From contig NC_092680.1 of the NCBI RefSeq assembly GCF_964355755.1, forward strand, positions 8,308,001 to 8,372,000: a stretch of DNA of 64,000 bases, read 5' to 3'. The notes beneath the pieces are model-generated. The model was not told the origin of the DNA. It worked only from the letters and a program-made list of their open reading frames with translations, and did not search any database. Made by a program: the position numbers and the translations under genes. Below, one piece after another: positions 1 through 12,910 of the stretch (its first letter is position 1; the number at the start of each line of letters is the position of its first letter). Source of the stretch: Antedon mediterranea (Eukaryota > Animalia > Echinodermata).

Positions 1-479
1 AATGTTAGATTTTTCATTAGGATAGAAATCAACAAGAGTTAATCCAACTATGGTTTTAAGTTTGTATTTATACAAATGGTTGTATGAATTATTCTTTATC
101 GGTTCGGTTATCAAGTTGTATAGTTCATTTGGTCTCTTGTTGTTGTTGAATAGCTTATGTGCTCTTTATCAACCAAAAGAAGGTAAATCATCTGGATTAT
201 CACTTTTATTCTTGGATTTCAATTTGCATTTGGCATTTTGGTGACTTTAGATTAAAATTACTTATTAAACTATACCATACTGTGCAAGTTTGAACTATCT
301 GAAGCTTTTTGTGTTTAAGTACAGTGTACCCTACCAATCATTTTTATCATAAATTTCTACATCTTATTTGTACTAAATATTAAAAATCACGTTTGGCATA
401 ATTTATAAGTTAGTGTAAATAGTATTACCGTATATGAACGAATATTATTGTTTAACTCTAAAATATTTATATTTTTTAG

Positions 480-591
480 GGTCAACTCAACGATGGTACA
501 TTAGCAACACCGACAGTTTCTTTAGCAACACCTAGCAACCCACAGGGAGCACCGAATTATCCATCAGCAATGCCAACAGCATACCAACCAG
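480..591 (+). CDS. MEF2: MEF2 internal coding exon (transactivation region)
   Basis: Acceptor ttttttag, donor g|gtaat. Translates GQLNDGTLATPTVSLATPSNPQGAPNYPSAMPTAYQP, resembling the MEF2 segment LATPVVSVATP...YPSA(I/M)xTxY. Ends in phase 1, matching the next exon. Confidence 0.9.
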
Positions 592-865
592 GTAATAACA
601 ACCACCAGAAATATCTGAGCATGAGCAGAACTGCACAGTCGTGTGAAGCACTAGTGTCTATTTTATAATACAATTTTTGTTTTTTGCCAATCTATAATTT
701 GTATCCAACCCTATTGTTAAATTATCAATTACAGGATATGAACTAAATTCCATGCTTTCTAAACTACATCTTAATGTGAACAAATTTGTATTTGAAGGCT
801 TACTGTAGCTAATGCTTCTTTATAACCATGAAAAAAATCTTATATATTATTTGTGTTGCTTCTAG

Positions 866-1016
866 GGGGAGAGTTTCAACTGAATAGTGCAAACATAGCT
901 CATATGCAGAATAGTTTTGATGGTCAACAGATGATTTCCAGTTGGCAGCATTCTCCACATCATCAAGGACCTCTGACGGCTGCAGTCCAAGCTGCAGGGA
1001 TCTCCCATCATCCACT
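866..1016 (+). CDS. MEF2: MEF2 internal coding exon
   Basis: Acceptor ttctag, donor ct|gtaag. Translates (G)GEFQLNSANIAHMQNSFDGQQMISSWQHSPHHQGPLTAAVQAAGISHHP(L), resembling MEF2 EYSLSSA...WQQQ. Phase 1 in and phase 2 out, in frame with both neighbouring exons. Confidence 0.85.
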
Positions 1017-2385
1017 GTAAGATATTTCTCAATAATAGAAATTAAAACATTAGAATTATGTCTGTCAAACATAATCAAATGTTAGCTATGCCTAACTACA
1101 TTTCTTTAAGTTATTCATTTGGAGTTGCTGTAGTTAAAGTGATTAAGATGTTTGACTATCATTCAGAAAGACCTATGTTCAAGTCCACTCAGCTGCAAAT
1201 GAGTGCCTTGTTGAAAAATACTAGGAAGGATAAGGCATCATGGAAAGGAACTGGCCACCCTACCACATAATGCTGAGATTGTAAACTGATTCATAACTGT
1301 AAATAAAACAGTTACCTGTGTTTAACTTAATAACAATATTTTGAGATGCTTTCGCCTTGAACATAACTGACAAATCCTGTATGAATAATCACAGTAAGCT
1401 GTACATTCACCTGTTTACCATCTGATAAAAGGATGTTACATCACATATATACATCTCGGTAGACATGTTTGGATCCTTGGTGTTTTTCCTATTTGTTTAA
1501 TTTGCATGATTTATCATAGTAACTGATGTCTGCTTAATGTCATCAGATGCCATTAGATTATTTGAATTGAAAGATGAATTGGTGTTTAGGATGTGTATCC
1601 TGTATAGCTATGACAAGGATATCTAGCAACTCTAAATCATACCATTATTACAAACATAACACTTTATTTCAATTGCGATATAGTAATATTTGCTAGCATT
1701 TTATTTTGTATTCATTTTTTTTTTTAGGTTTTTACCACACACAAATAAAATTACATTCATACAATGCAAATTAAGATATTGTAAATAGTATTTTAATGTA
1801 GTGTATTTTCTTATTTTAACATTTACATAATATTTATTTCAGTTTATGTTTATGGGTTTTCTACATTAATGTATTATAGATTGACTAGAGAGATACTGAT
1901 TCCAATAGATTTGGTACTATTCAAAATGGCTGCCATATCTGTTTATTCAATAGTATATAAACATAATTGAGTGTTGAGGAAAGATTATATAAATAATACA
2001 CATACTGACATAAGACAAATGAATATTTTACTTGCTATATTCATTGTGTTTCAACTGATTACTTTTATGTCATTGCGATAAAAATTAATGTTCCCATAAC
2101 CTTTCTCTGATTATGCTGTACTGTTTATCTTTTTATATTCTTTTTACTTATCTGTTACTAGCCTGACAATTGTAAAATGTCACAGAATTGTTTAATTCAT
2201 CAACTTGTTATTCTATTCTCTTGTAAAATGTTGCAGCATTTTTCAATCCATGAAGTGGATTTTTAAAATGAAAATATTCTTCCCAACATTAATTCATATA
2301 AAACTATGCTCTTTACAAGATATGTTTGTATCACATTCGGTAGTTATGAGAAAAACATACTAATACCTTGTTGTCTGTATTTCAG

Positions 2386-2641
2386 TGGAGGGTCTGGAGT
2401 TCAGGGTATGAACCTCAACGATCAGAATATAAAGTGTGAACCAATTTCACCTCCTAAAGATAAGAAGCTGCATTCACATGGTGGAGGAAGCAGTGGCTTA
2501 CTTGTACAGACCACATCACCAGGTTCACACCACGGTCAGTCTTCTCCATCATACGTCGATGAACGGAACCTTCACACGCTGCACGGCGGTGACGGTCCTC
2601 CTCATAAACGATCACGGGTAACCGAAGCATGGGTATCGTAG
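2386..2641 (+). CDS. MEF2: MEF2 terminal coding exon
   Basis: Acceptor tttcag. Contains IKCEPISPP (MEF2 PDSM, IKSEPISPP in vertebrates) and C-terminal PPHKRSRVTEAWVS* (compare the MEF2 NLS P..KRxR..xW). Stop TAG at 2639-2641. The MADS/MEF2 domain exons lie upstream of the window. Confidence 0.93.
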
Positions 2642-5600
2642 AGCAGCGCTGCAAAATTGACACAGGTACCCCTTAGCTTTACTGCTGTCTCAACAGAGGT
2701 CTACTTTCGATGCTTCTCTTTCCTGGAATGTGACAAGCGTATTCTTGGAATGACGAATTAAAAGATAAAGACCAACCCGTTGCTTCCCTTAAACTTGGAT
2801 GCACTTAGCAAATATAAACGCTATTTTTGTAAACTCCATACAGATTTTTTTCTGTGACGTTGCCATGATTGTAAGATGTATAAAGATAGCACCAAATAAA
2901 GAGTCTATGTTTTTCTATAGATTAAATTTGTATAAAAAAAACTGCTGAAAAAGATGTTAATAGTATGTTTGGTATTTTGAAAAATATCAAATTACAGGTA
3001 AAATGTGTTATCCTAGTTTTTATGACCTATATCCATATATGTGGATTACATTATACACATTACATTACAAGATAAAAAATAGTGTTAGAATAAATTATTA
3101 TGAATCTTAATGATGTTAAATGATTAATTAGCACGTGCTGATCAACAGCTGTCAAAAATATTTCATAATCAAAAGATGGGTTACGAATTTCAAGAATTAT
3201 TTAACTTTTTTCATTCAAGAATTTATCTATGATTTGTTGTGAACATGTGGATAAGGTGGCGGCATCATCCAATGAAGTTTTTCGAATGTCATCCTCAATT
3301 GAGAAGATGAATGGCCAGCAATTGCTCTGCATTTTCTTGGCTTGTTTTTATCTTCAGTTTATCCACTATAACTGTTTTATTGGACATAATTCATAGCAGC
3401 AGATCAAATACTTTTTTTTTCTGCTTTATTTGTTAAAATACTATAAAACAATAGAACATGTTCGGGACCCAACAAGGTGTCTCCTTAGTAAAGGGTCACT
3501 TGAATATAAGTGTTATACATCTATTTCCCCTATCTCATTTCACAAAATGACCTATTCAAAGTTTGATTTTATCTTTAACTTTATGTGGGACAATGAATAT
3601 TTGATAATTTTAATAGATCTCCTAATTTTATTTGATTAGTAAATAGTATTTAGAAATATCTGTTGGGATATACGTGAATAGTTCCAAATAAATAAATACA
3701 GTTATCACTGTGTGTCAAATACAACAGATCTTTTCAACATGAACATTGTCGTGTAACTCTGGGTCACATTTGGCAAGTGTGGACTGCTACAGTCAAATTT
3801 GTGGGTCAGATACTAAATATCATGGGGTTGTCAAGAAGAACTATTGATAGTAACAGATGTATTTTACCTGTGGTCTATTCAATTATTTATGATTCCACCC
3901 TTGAGAACAAACTGATAAATCACATGAGGTTCTTTGGGCCACAGCACATGGCACATGTGGTTGTGTGGTCTAGCACACATGTGTTAATAGTGACATTTCA
4001 TCCCACACATAGTCTGTTTGGTATTATTTAGGCCATCAGTACAGTATTTGCCTTATACTCTATGAAGAGTAGGTCATCTTGTAAACTATTATAATAAATC
4101 AACATATAAAATAAAGAATATTATGTACTTAATTTTAAGAATTACTCCAGTTAAAACTGAGTTCTTATTAAGTTTGGTATAGTTTAGTTTTTTTTTATAA
4201 TAAACTTGTATAATACAATACACTCACTACTGTATGATTTGTAATATTATTATTATTTGTGTTTATTACAAATATTTAATACCGTGCTATAATTTAGTCC
4301 GATTATAAATATTTAGGAGTGAAATATGACAATTATGGATTTAATATGTAAAATGCATAATTATTGGTCACTATTTTGGCTTTTCATATATTAAATGTTA
4401 ATTTACAATTTATTTATTTATGAATAATTGATTAGTTTAGACTCAATAAGTATATGTTTGTACTTATATTTCCATGGTCTAAGTTAATCATTATTTACTA
4501 TTATTTTAACACACATTTTTGATAACTGAAATTAAGTTAACTTTATTACGTTGTTAGCTATTAAACTACTCATTATGCAGAATAAATAATTTCATCATTA
4601 TTTACATGAATTTTAGATAAGAAATTCACTATTTTTTATTGCTAAAATGTGAACAAAATTTATTATAATAGTTTGCAATTTCAAATATATATTTTTTTTC
4701 TCATTCTAAGGAAAATCTTTAATAACTTAAAATATAAACCCAAACTATCTATATTTTTCATTATCTAAACCTATTACTGACAACAGAGGGCGGTATTTAT
4801 TATTACTGAAATCTTATTTTTCTTTGTATTAAAAATAATTATGTATTTGTCAATTATTTTGTGTATGTGATGTAAAGGTTAATTTCTATGTATAGAAAAG
4901 TGTTTTTTTTTTTTCAATAGCTAATGTATTAATTATCTTAATATTAGGGAGCTTAATAAGTAGAACATTCTCTCTTATTTATGTTGCAATGCGAAAATTA
5001 GGTTATATATAAAAATAAAAATCAGTCTCGCAATTGTTATTGACGGAGTGCATAGTACTTCTACCTCCTGCAGCTGCCAGCCTAAGTATATGTCTCTTCC
5101 CTAACAAATGTTATCCGTAGATTTATTCGGATTCCAATTTTTTTTAAATGAGATTTTATTTAAATTTTAACTCACTGTAAATAAGAATCTCAACATTTAT
5201 TACTGTTAATATTATTAATATTTTTGAAGTTTTTAATATTATTGAAATATTTTACAAGATGTAATTTTTCTATGAAGGTATACAGATGGATTAGTTGTAG
5301 GTATTTTGTGTGACAAGCAATGTTTAACAAAAACATATTGTAGGTTTGTGATAATTTTATTAAATTTAAGACAGCAAAAGTATTTTGTTTTTATTTTCAG
5401 TAGTAGCTACACTATTTGTCAGTCTGGTGTAATCTATGTTATTGTTTTATGTTTTAAAAAGTATCTAAAAAAATTAAATATTCCATTTATAGGAATTTAA
5501 AAAATCCTCATCTGTATTATAGTGATCCATATGTTTGAATACCTTATGGCAGACTGTGATTGGTTGATGAGTTGGTCATGTGTGATGTGGTGCAGTTTTG

Positions 5601-6416
5601 CTTGTTTGAACTATTGTTTCTCTTGTTGCATTGACTGTAATTATTGTTATAAAATTGTTTAACTGAATTATTTTGACTGCTATAGGTATTGTATAATTGT
5701 AATATTAAGAATGTTTCTTGTTATCCTATTGTTCTTAGTGCTGAATATATCGTTATTGTTGTTTATTATTAATGACATTATAAACAACAGTAATGGTGCA
5801 CTATTTAGATTTTTATTTGAATCAAATTATAATTAGTAATGTTTATTTGGTGTAAATATAGAATAAATGTAGTACATTACATATTATAAAAAGTTTAAAT
5901 GTTATGTTAGTTATAATTTTTAAAGTAATTGGTATATAAAGAGCAGGCTCTGAATTAGAATGCATGTCATGGAATTATTTTTTGGACATTTTTCACTCGC
6001 TATGGTTTTTGCTATGTTGAAAAGATAAATGATATGTTTATTGGGTATCAGAAAATATATGTGTATATTGTTTTACTGGAAATAAGTTAGTTTTACCAGA
6101 TAAAAATTGTTAATAGATTGATTGTTTCTAATGTTATGTACTTCTTGATTGTCATTTATTGCTGCTACAACCATAGAAGAATTGTACTATGCCACTATTG
6201 AGCTAGTAATGTGCTACAACTGGGCTAATGCTACTACTGCTACTAACTAATTCACTACTGTGGATTGTACTATGCTACTTGGCTTATACTATGCCACTAT
6301 GGGCTAGTACTGCAAAATTGTAGGTTGTTACTATGCTGCTACTACTACTATTTATTACTGTGCTGAGACTCTACTTTTACTATTTTGCTACTCTGCTGTT
6401 GTGTTACTATCCATAT

Positions 6417-7050
6417 CTATTACTACTGTTGCTATACCATTATTCTTGCTACTTCTATTCTGCCAGTCTGCTATTGTGTTATTATTCCTGTCTATTACTA
6501 CTGTTGCTATACCATTATTCTTGCTACTTCTATTCTGCCAGTCTGCTATTGTGTTATTATTCCTGTCTATTACTACTGTTGCTATACCACAGTCTTGCTA
6601 CTTCTATTCTGCCAGTCTGCTATTGTGTTATTATTCCTGTCTATTACTACTGTTGCTATACCATTATTCTTGCTACTTCTATTCTGCCAGTCTGCTATTG
6701 TGTTATTATTCCTGTCTATTACTACTGTTGCTATACCATTATTCTTGCTACTTCTATTCTGCCAGTCTGCTATTGTGTTATTATTCCTGTCTATTACTAC
6801 TATTGCTATACCATTATTCTTGCTACTTCTATTCTGCCAGTCTGCTATTGTGTTATTATTCCTGTCTATTACTACTGTTGCTATACCATTATTCTTGCTA
6901 CTTCTATTCTGCCAGTCTGCTATTGTGTTATTATTCCTGTCTATTACTACTGTTGCTATACCATTATTCTTGCTACTTCTATTCTGCCAGTCTGCTATTG
7001 TGTTATTATTCCTGTCTATTACTACTATTGCTATACCACAGTCTTGCTAC
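6417..7050. repeat. 75-bp minisatellite, about 8.5 copies, in CTA/TAC-rich low-complexity flanks
   Basis: Unit ctattactactgttgctataccattattcttgctacttctattctgccagtctgctattgtgttattattcctgt starts at 6417, 6492, 6567, 6641, 6716, 6791, 6866, 6941 and 7016. Confidence 0.97.
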
Positions 7051-9019
7051 TTTTACTCCTCCGTGTTACTATTCCTACCTACTACTATTAATGTGTCATC
7101 GACACTACATATTGTTACTACTATTTTGCTGCTGTACACATCTACTAATACTACTAATATTGCTACATCAGTGTTGCTACTTTTATTGCTATGTTGCTGC
7201 TATCACTGTATTTCTGCTATGCCACTAAGTTGCTCCATCTATTCTACTACTTTCTCATTTTCTACAGCCATCACATATTTCAATGTTTAGTTGTATAAAT
7301 AAACTAGAGAAGGATAAGAACAAAAGAATCAATTATAAGCAGTGGGTCAATAATGACAGTTGTTATAGAACATAACTCTCAATGTGAATGGACTTTGTAA
7401 CCCTTCATCAGTGCCTTAATATAGTCTATAATTATTGTGTGAAGAAATGGATAAGATATTGAGGAAAACACTATATTAGAATTATTACACAGATTTGTAT
7501 AAAACTACTGGTGACCAAGGAAATTGTAGGAAAAAAGCTTCAATTGTGTTATAAATAATGTATAAGATTATGGCATTTCTTTGTCAAAAAAAGAGATATT
7601 GCTTTAAACAATCTATTAAGCTAGTGTAAATTATTCTGTGTTGTATATACATTTAATTGCAAAACGGGCCTGGGTAGATAAATTGTAACATCTGATATAT
7701 ACTTGTAAAAATGCCTATTTTCGTGTGAATTAAAAAGGGACATTTTTTTGGTGGAATTTGAGTTGCTTTTTAGAAATCTGTGTATGTTCTTATTAAAGAT
7801 AAAATATTAAACATAACAAATATTTTACCATTAAAAATACAAACATTGTAATAATGAAAGTAAAATACAAAAAAATCAAATATTAGTATTTTAATTAGTG
7901 TACGGTAAGGAATACAGGTAAATTTATTCTTAAGTTCCAGGTTTACCAATTTTTGGAAAATAATTCACGTACAGTACTTTATCACAGAAATTTTGTTGGA
8001 AATTGGCTAAAACATTGACTTTTAAAAATTCAATATATGAGCATATTGAATTGTCATAATCTTATTGTGTATAAATTAAAAGGTAGAAATTTGCCAAATT
8101 TTCAAAAAAAGGGATCCTGGAGATAATTGTCCATGCAGGAATTGTACCGAAACATAATACTGTATAAAGAAAGAATACAATACTGTACAGTTAAAAATAC
8201 AAATACTAGATACAGTAAAGAATACAGATAAAAATACAAATATTAGTCGGTTAAAAATACAAAATAGGCCCCTTACAGTTAAAAATACAGTACAAACAGT
8301 AGTCTAAAATAATAAACAATTTAAAATTTGTAGTGTCCTAGTGGCTGCAAAAGAGGGCAGCATACATATTTTAACCATTGACATACATTTTGATTACAAT
8401 ATTTAATTAGAATTTTATTTTCTATTCGTTCTTTGACATTGTAAGATAACACACTACACGCCACACATGTAACAATATTATCGCATAATAATTATTTGGA
8501 AATTTAAAACATTGATTGAGTTTTCGAAAAATCAACAAATTGTGAATAGTACAGGAAAGATATGCTCAGAATCAGTAAAAGGTTGAAAAAATTGCAACAG
8601 AATTTTTTTCACCACAATGCATTTCTATAAGGTCCCTATATGAACATACTAAAAGTCTAGAAAAATCCAGGTAGGGGAAATAGGTTTTTTTAAACAAAAT
8701 GGCCGCCAATGGTGAAAAATGTCAAAAAATGAACAAAAAACATATATTGTATATCTAATTACCACTTGATAGCAGTTTTTATAATGATTTTTATATTTCT
8801 TTAGTGTCAAACATTTAAACTGCAATATACATATTAATTTAAGTGCTATTTAGCAGCAAAAACACAAATTTAAGTATCAAGATATCAATCACCACGGTTA
8901 TAATAATAGACAACGTAGTCCTATGCATTATAATGCAGGACTACGGTGTCTAATAAAACAGTTCATTTACAATAGAATTATACAATCTTACAATCTATTA
9001 ATCCATTCATTTTCATTGT

Positions 9020-9510
9020 CCAGTTATCATCCTCTGTCTATAGGTAGGAATTAAGCATGTGCTGATGATGCCGTGGTATTCGTCACAAACAGTGGTAACT
9101 GGTGGTAAATTTGTCATCAATGGACACATCACGCCATTTGTAACTTTCCATCCCCCAGTCTGTGGGTTGAAGAGTATTTTCTATCCACTGCTGTACCATG
9201 GTAATATACACGCAGGGAATGACATTTTGCAGCATTTGTTGTTGGGGGGAATAGACTTTATTTCAAGTGCTGTTTTGCTTTTTGCAACTTTCTCCCAGAA
9301 CGTATTCCTCCATAGCGCTACCAATGCCAATTCCTCTGAGGCGATGGATTCTTTTTTTTTAAGACGTTTGGTTTTACAGAGTTTGTAAGCATACTACTGC
9401 CCACCTTTTTTTTAACCAAATAGATGGGATGTAGCATCACATCCCTGGATTCCATGTATAAAAAGCAAATTAATTTTTACAGAGCTTCACACCAAGGAAA
9501 GACTTTACAT
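9020..9510 (-). pseudogene. Academ transposase C-terminal remnant, left arm
   Basis: Frameshifted minus-strand reads LLFIHGIQGCDATSHLFG, EKVAKSKTALEIKSIPPTTNAAKCHSLRVYY and QWIENTLQPTDWG. The CXC finger is largely deleted. Confidence 0.8.
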
Positions 9511-10019
9511 GCATTCACAGTGCTCCCCCATCGAGAACATACAGTATTAAATCAATGAATGAAGCAACCGTGACAGAATATTAATTTAAGAGGAAAGAAC
9601 ATATTATTACACATGGGTCAAAATCAACCATTTTTATCAATAGAGAAGCAGTGCACATTCCATCACATATACTATTTCATCATTGATGGCTATGTGAAAC
9701 AGTCATACACAATGCATCATTTGTTCAAAAAGAACCTTGTACTTTTCCTGCAGCCCTCTTTTACTCCATCGACTCCATACACACTGCTAGACTACTCAGA
9801 AACATTCATTTCACTGCCCACTGTATGTTATCAATGGGGAAGCACTGCTACATCAAACCTCTTGGCCCGAAACAGCAACATTTCAAGACATTTATTATGT
9901 ACCATGTTACGTTATGTGAAGGCAAAGTAAACTCTTGTGTTTTTATATAGGCCTAATTATGGGCCGTAAGTAAATTTGGTTTAGGAGAAGCTGGAAAATC
10001 ATCACAGTTGGAGTTGTAT

Positions 10020-10460
10020 GTCAAATTTTGTAAACCAAACAGTTTCCAAAAAAAAAGAAACATTGCATCAGGAATTTGGCATTGGTAGCTATATATGGAG
10101 GGAAGTCAATGGAGACTTTAGACAGCCTACTTTTCTTTGAGAAAGTTGCAAAAAGCAAATCTATTCCCTTGCTGCAAAATGTTATTTCGTGAGTCTTTAT
10201 TACCAGGTATAGCAGTGGATAGGAAATACTCTTCAACCCACAGACTAAGGATGGAAAGTATTGATGACAAATTTACTACCAGCACCAGAGAAACTATTAA
10301 AGTTGATTAGATGTACCTGTAAATAAGGTTGTAGTAAAATGAATTGCAGTTGCAGAAAATATGGGTTGGACTGCTGCTCCATTATTTTTTAAGAATGCCA
10401 CGGCATCAGCACATGCTCAATTCCCCACCAATAGATGGAGGTTGAGATACTGACAAGATG
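10020..10460 (+). pseudogene. Academ transposase C-terminal remnant, right arm
   Basis: Reads LVAIYGGKSMETLDSL..EKVAKSK..YYQV*QWIGNTLQPTD*GWKVLMTNLLPAPEKLLKLIRCTCK*GCSKMNCSCRKYGLDC, with stops and indels. Confidence 0.8.
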
Positions 10461-10470
10461 AAAGTGAAAT

Positions 10471-10864
10471 TACCGCATTTATTTGAATAAATGCCCTTGG
10501 TGGTTGGGGTAGAGGGGGCGTGTAATCGTCGTGAGGAGTTTATTCGGAGAGGCGTTTATTTTTGTGGGTGTAATGTGGCAACATGTATTAATTATTAATA
10601 ATTAATAAATACACCCTTTAGATATGAACAAATACAACACCATCATGTCATTCAGTGAATTCTATTACAAATAGAGATGTGTTAAAACACAGTATTATGT
10701 ATAATATGAATGTGGCGAGTCGTACATTCGACGAAATAAATTCAAAATGATGTCCGATGGGGGAAGGTGAGGGGGTGCGCTGGTGTAGGTTATTCAAAAT
10801 GATGTCTTATGGGGGAGTTTATTTGATTTTTCTAAATGTAGCATTTATCCGAATAAATACGGTA
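10471..10864. mobile_element. Tc1/mariner-pogo-type MITE nested in the Academ right arm
   Basis: TIRs taccgcatttatttgaataaatgc and gcatttatccgaataaatacggta, bounded by TA. Academ sequence resumes directly afterwards when compared with the left arm. Confidence 0.75.
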
Positions 10865-10881
10865 ATAGATTGATTGTAGTC

Positions 10882-11218
10882 CAGTGATGGCGCAAGGATT
10901 TTCCCGATAAGGGGGCTGAGGGGGAGGGGGAGAGCGCAGCTAGCATCAATTGGCTGGGCCATCAATGGGAGCGCACCCAGAAGTTCAAACAATATTATAC
11001 CAGTAAAGGGTAGTTTTAGTCACTTTTAAAAATAAAAATCCTTGAAACAGCACTCAATGGGGTATTGTTTTATATTAGGAATTATCATCATATTGTCTAC
11101 ATATACTCCCGAAAATAGCCAATTGGGGAGAGGGGATGGGGGGGGGGGCGGACAGACTCCCTCACCCTTCCCATATGATCTCCCATCCCTATACCCCTCC
11201 CCACTGGTACCACCAATG
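10882..11218. mobile_element. hAT-like MITE nested in the Academ right arm
   Basis: Degenerate CAGTG.../...CAATG ends, G-rich and C-rich subterminal tracts, imperfect 8-bp flanks ttgtagtc/ttgtaata. Absent from the mirrored left arm. Confidence 0.5.
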
Positions 11219-11989
11219 TTGTAATATATTGTTATAACAGTACAAATGTAAATGAACTGATTTATTATTAGACATCGTAATCCTATGCATTAAGCATAGG
11301 AAGGACTGCGTTTTATATATATTATAACAATAGGGATATATCTAGATACTTAAACATTTGTTTTGCGGCCATTTTCTAATTAACAGCACTTAAAATAATG
11401 TGTATATTGTAGTTCAGATCTTCGAAACTGTAAAGAAATATAAAAATCATTGTAAAAACCGCTATAAAGTGGATTATTAAATTGAATTAGATCTACTATT
11501 TATGTTTTTTTGTCCTTTTTTAGGCATTTTCGACATTGGCGGCCATTTTGTTTAAAAAAACCTATTTCCCCTACCTGGATTTTTCTAGACTTTTAATATG
11601 TTCATATAGGGACCTTATAGAAATGCATTGTGGTGAAATAAATTCTGTTGCAATTTTTTCAACCATATTTCATAGTTTTCCTGTACTAGAAAGCGCTCAG
11701 AGATTCTACATTTTATAAGATTTGAATTTAAACTCCCATCGCATAGCGGCGCTATACAATCTTTGCTAAAAGTGCAGACGATCATACCGCGCCGTGTTTA
11801 TTTAGAAAGAGGCGGCAAGTCACAATTTTGAAGTAAAAGAAAAGACATGTGGTCGTGGATTACTGTGTATTCACTTCAATTTGTATAATAAACATTGGAT
11901 CCGATCCATAAACATTTATAGGATAATATTTTTCTAAAATGAGAAATGTAAGTTTATTCGTTTTATTTCCACATTAAATAGCGTGTCCT

Positions 11990-12470
11990 CACTACTACTA
12001 GAGTACTACTAGCCTGCCTACTACTAGCCTTGGCCAAGGGCCTATATGGCTAGGCAACTAGTAGCCTAGACCCTAGGCCTAGTAGTAGCCTCTTTCATAG
12101 GGCCTAGGCCTACAAAATCGTACCTAGGCCTAGTAGTAGAGACTTAGGCTACGGTACATTGGAACGCCTGTTAAATATCTATGTAATTGCTTTTTTTGCT
12201 GAGAAATCCAGACAGAGAGAACTAGCCTATAGGCTACTACTAGTTTCTAGTAAGCCTAGTTAGACCATCTATGAGGCTATTACTAACAATCAATGATATT
12301 GATAGGGCAGGCAGCTATCCTAGGCTAGCCTTTTTATGGTGTAAAGTATCTCGATAGCATGTCGGGGTTTGCCTAGGAGTATGCCTAGCTTGTGTAGGCC
12401 TCCTGGCCGGCCTATAAGTATACCGTCCTTCATCAGGCCTCTAGTAGGAGGTAGTTTCGTATCCACCCCT
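11990..12470. repeat. Low-complexity TAG/CTA/AGGCCT-rich tract
   Basis: Dense tagcct, taggccta and ctactact words. Confidence 0.7.
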
Positions 12471-12910
12471 TAAAATTACTTATTACATGGCGTGGGCCTA
12501 CAACATCCTGCAAGCATAACGTTTGAATAAATCGATTATGCTTAGTTTTTCATTTATATTTTATAATCAATTAATAATGTACTGTACTAGCACTCTTCAG
12601 AAATCAATCGCTATTATCTTGTAAATACGACTTGACGATTCGGCCCGTCAACTGGCGCTGTGTTGTTTGTTTTGACAAATAATTACTGTATGTATTGTGA
12701 TAAAGATTCTGTACATGATACCTCTCGTGCTCGAGTCTTATGAAGTTAATAATAATCCGTTCTTAGAGGAAAAAAACGACAAAGTAGGCCTATAGCTTTA
12801 ATTTATTTATTTTTACCAATAAACGGATATCATCACTGATTGTGTAATAACGTTAATTGTCACGATAAAACGGCAACACCGTCGGGATAGTAAGAAATTT
12901 GCAAATCAGA

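Larger units (their letters stand above)
8547..11688. mobile_element. Academ (AcademX-type) DNA transposon, non-autonomous, palindromic
   Basis: Termini TAGTACAGGAAA...TTTCCTGTACTA, long inverted repeats and a 3-bp direct repeat GAA on both flanks. Internal decayed XPG-like (IHGIQGCDATSHLFG) and Cys-rich (IRCTCK*GCSKMNCSCRKYGLDC) coding remnants. TAG..CTA ends, 3-bp TSD and XPG plus Cys finger are Academ hallmarks. Confidence 0.85.

Noticed and set aside
2306-2385. N-terminal part of the 111-aa ORF
   Set aside because: Intronic; the MEF2 exon begins at the acceptor at 2386.
6333-7290. Three long overlapping ORFs (252-301 aa)
   Set aside because: They arise from a stop-poor 75-bp tandem repeat and low-complexity flanks; no domain or splice support.
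7385-7414. Minus-strand gcactgatgaaggg, identical to the start of the hammerhead at 36171
   Set aside because: No stem II closure followed by GAAA, so no ribozyme can be supported.
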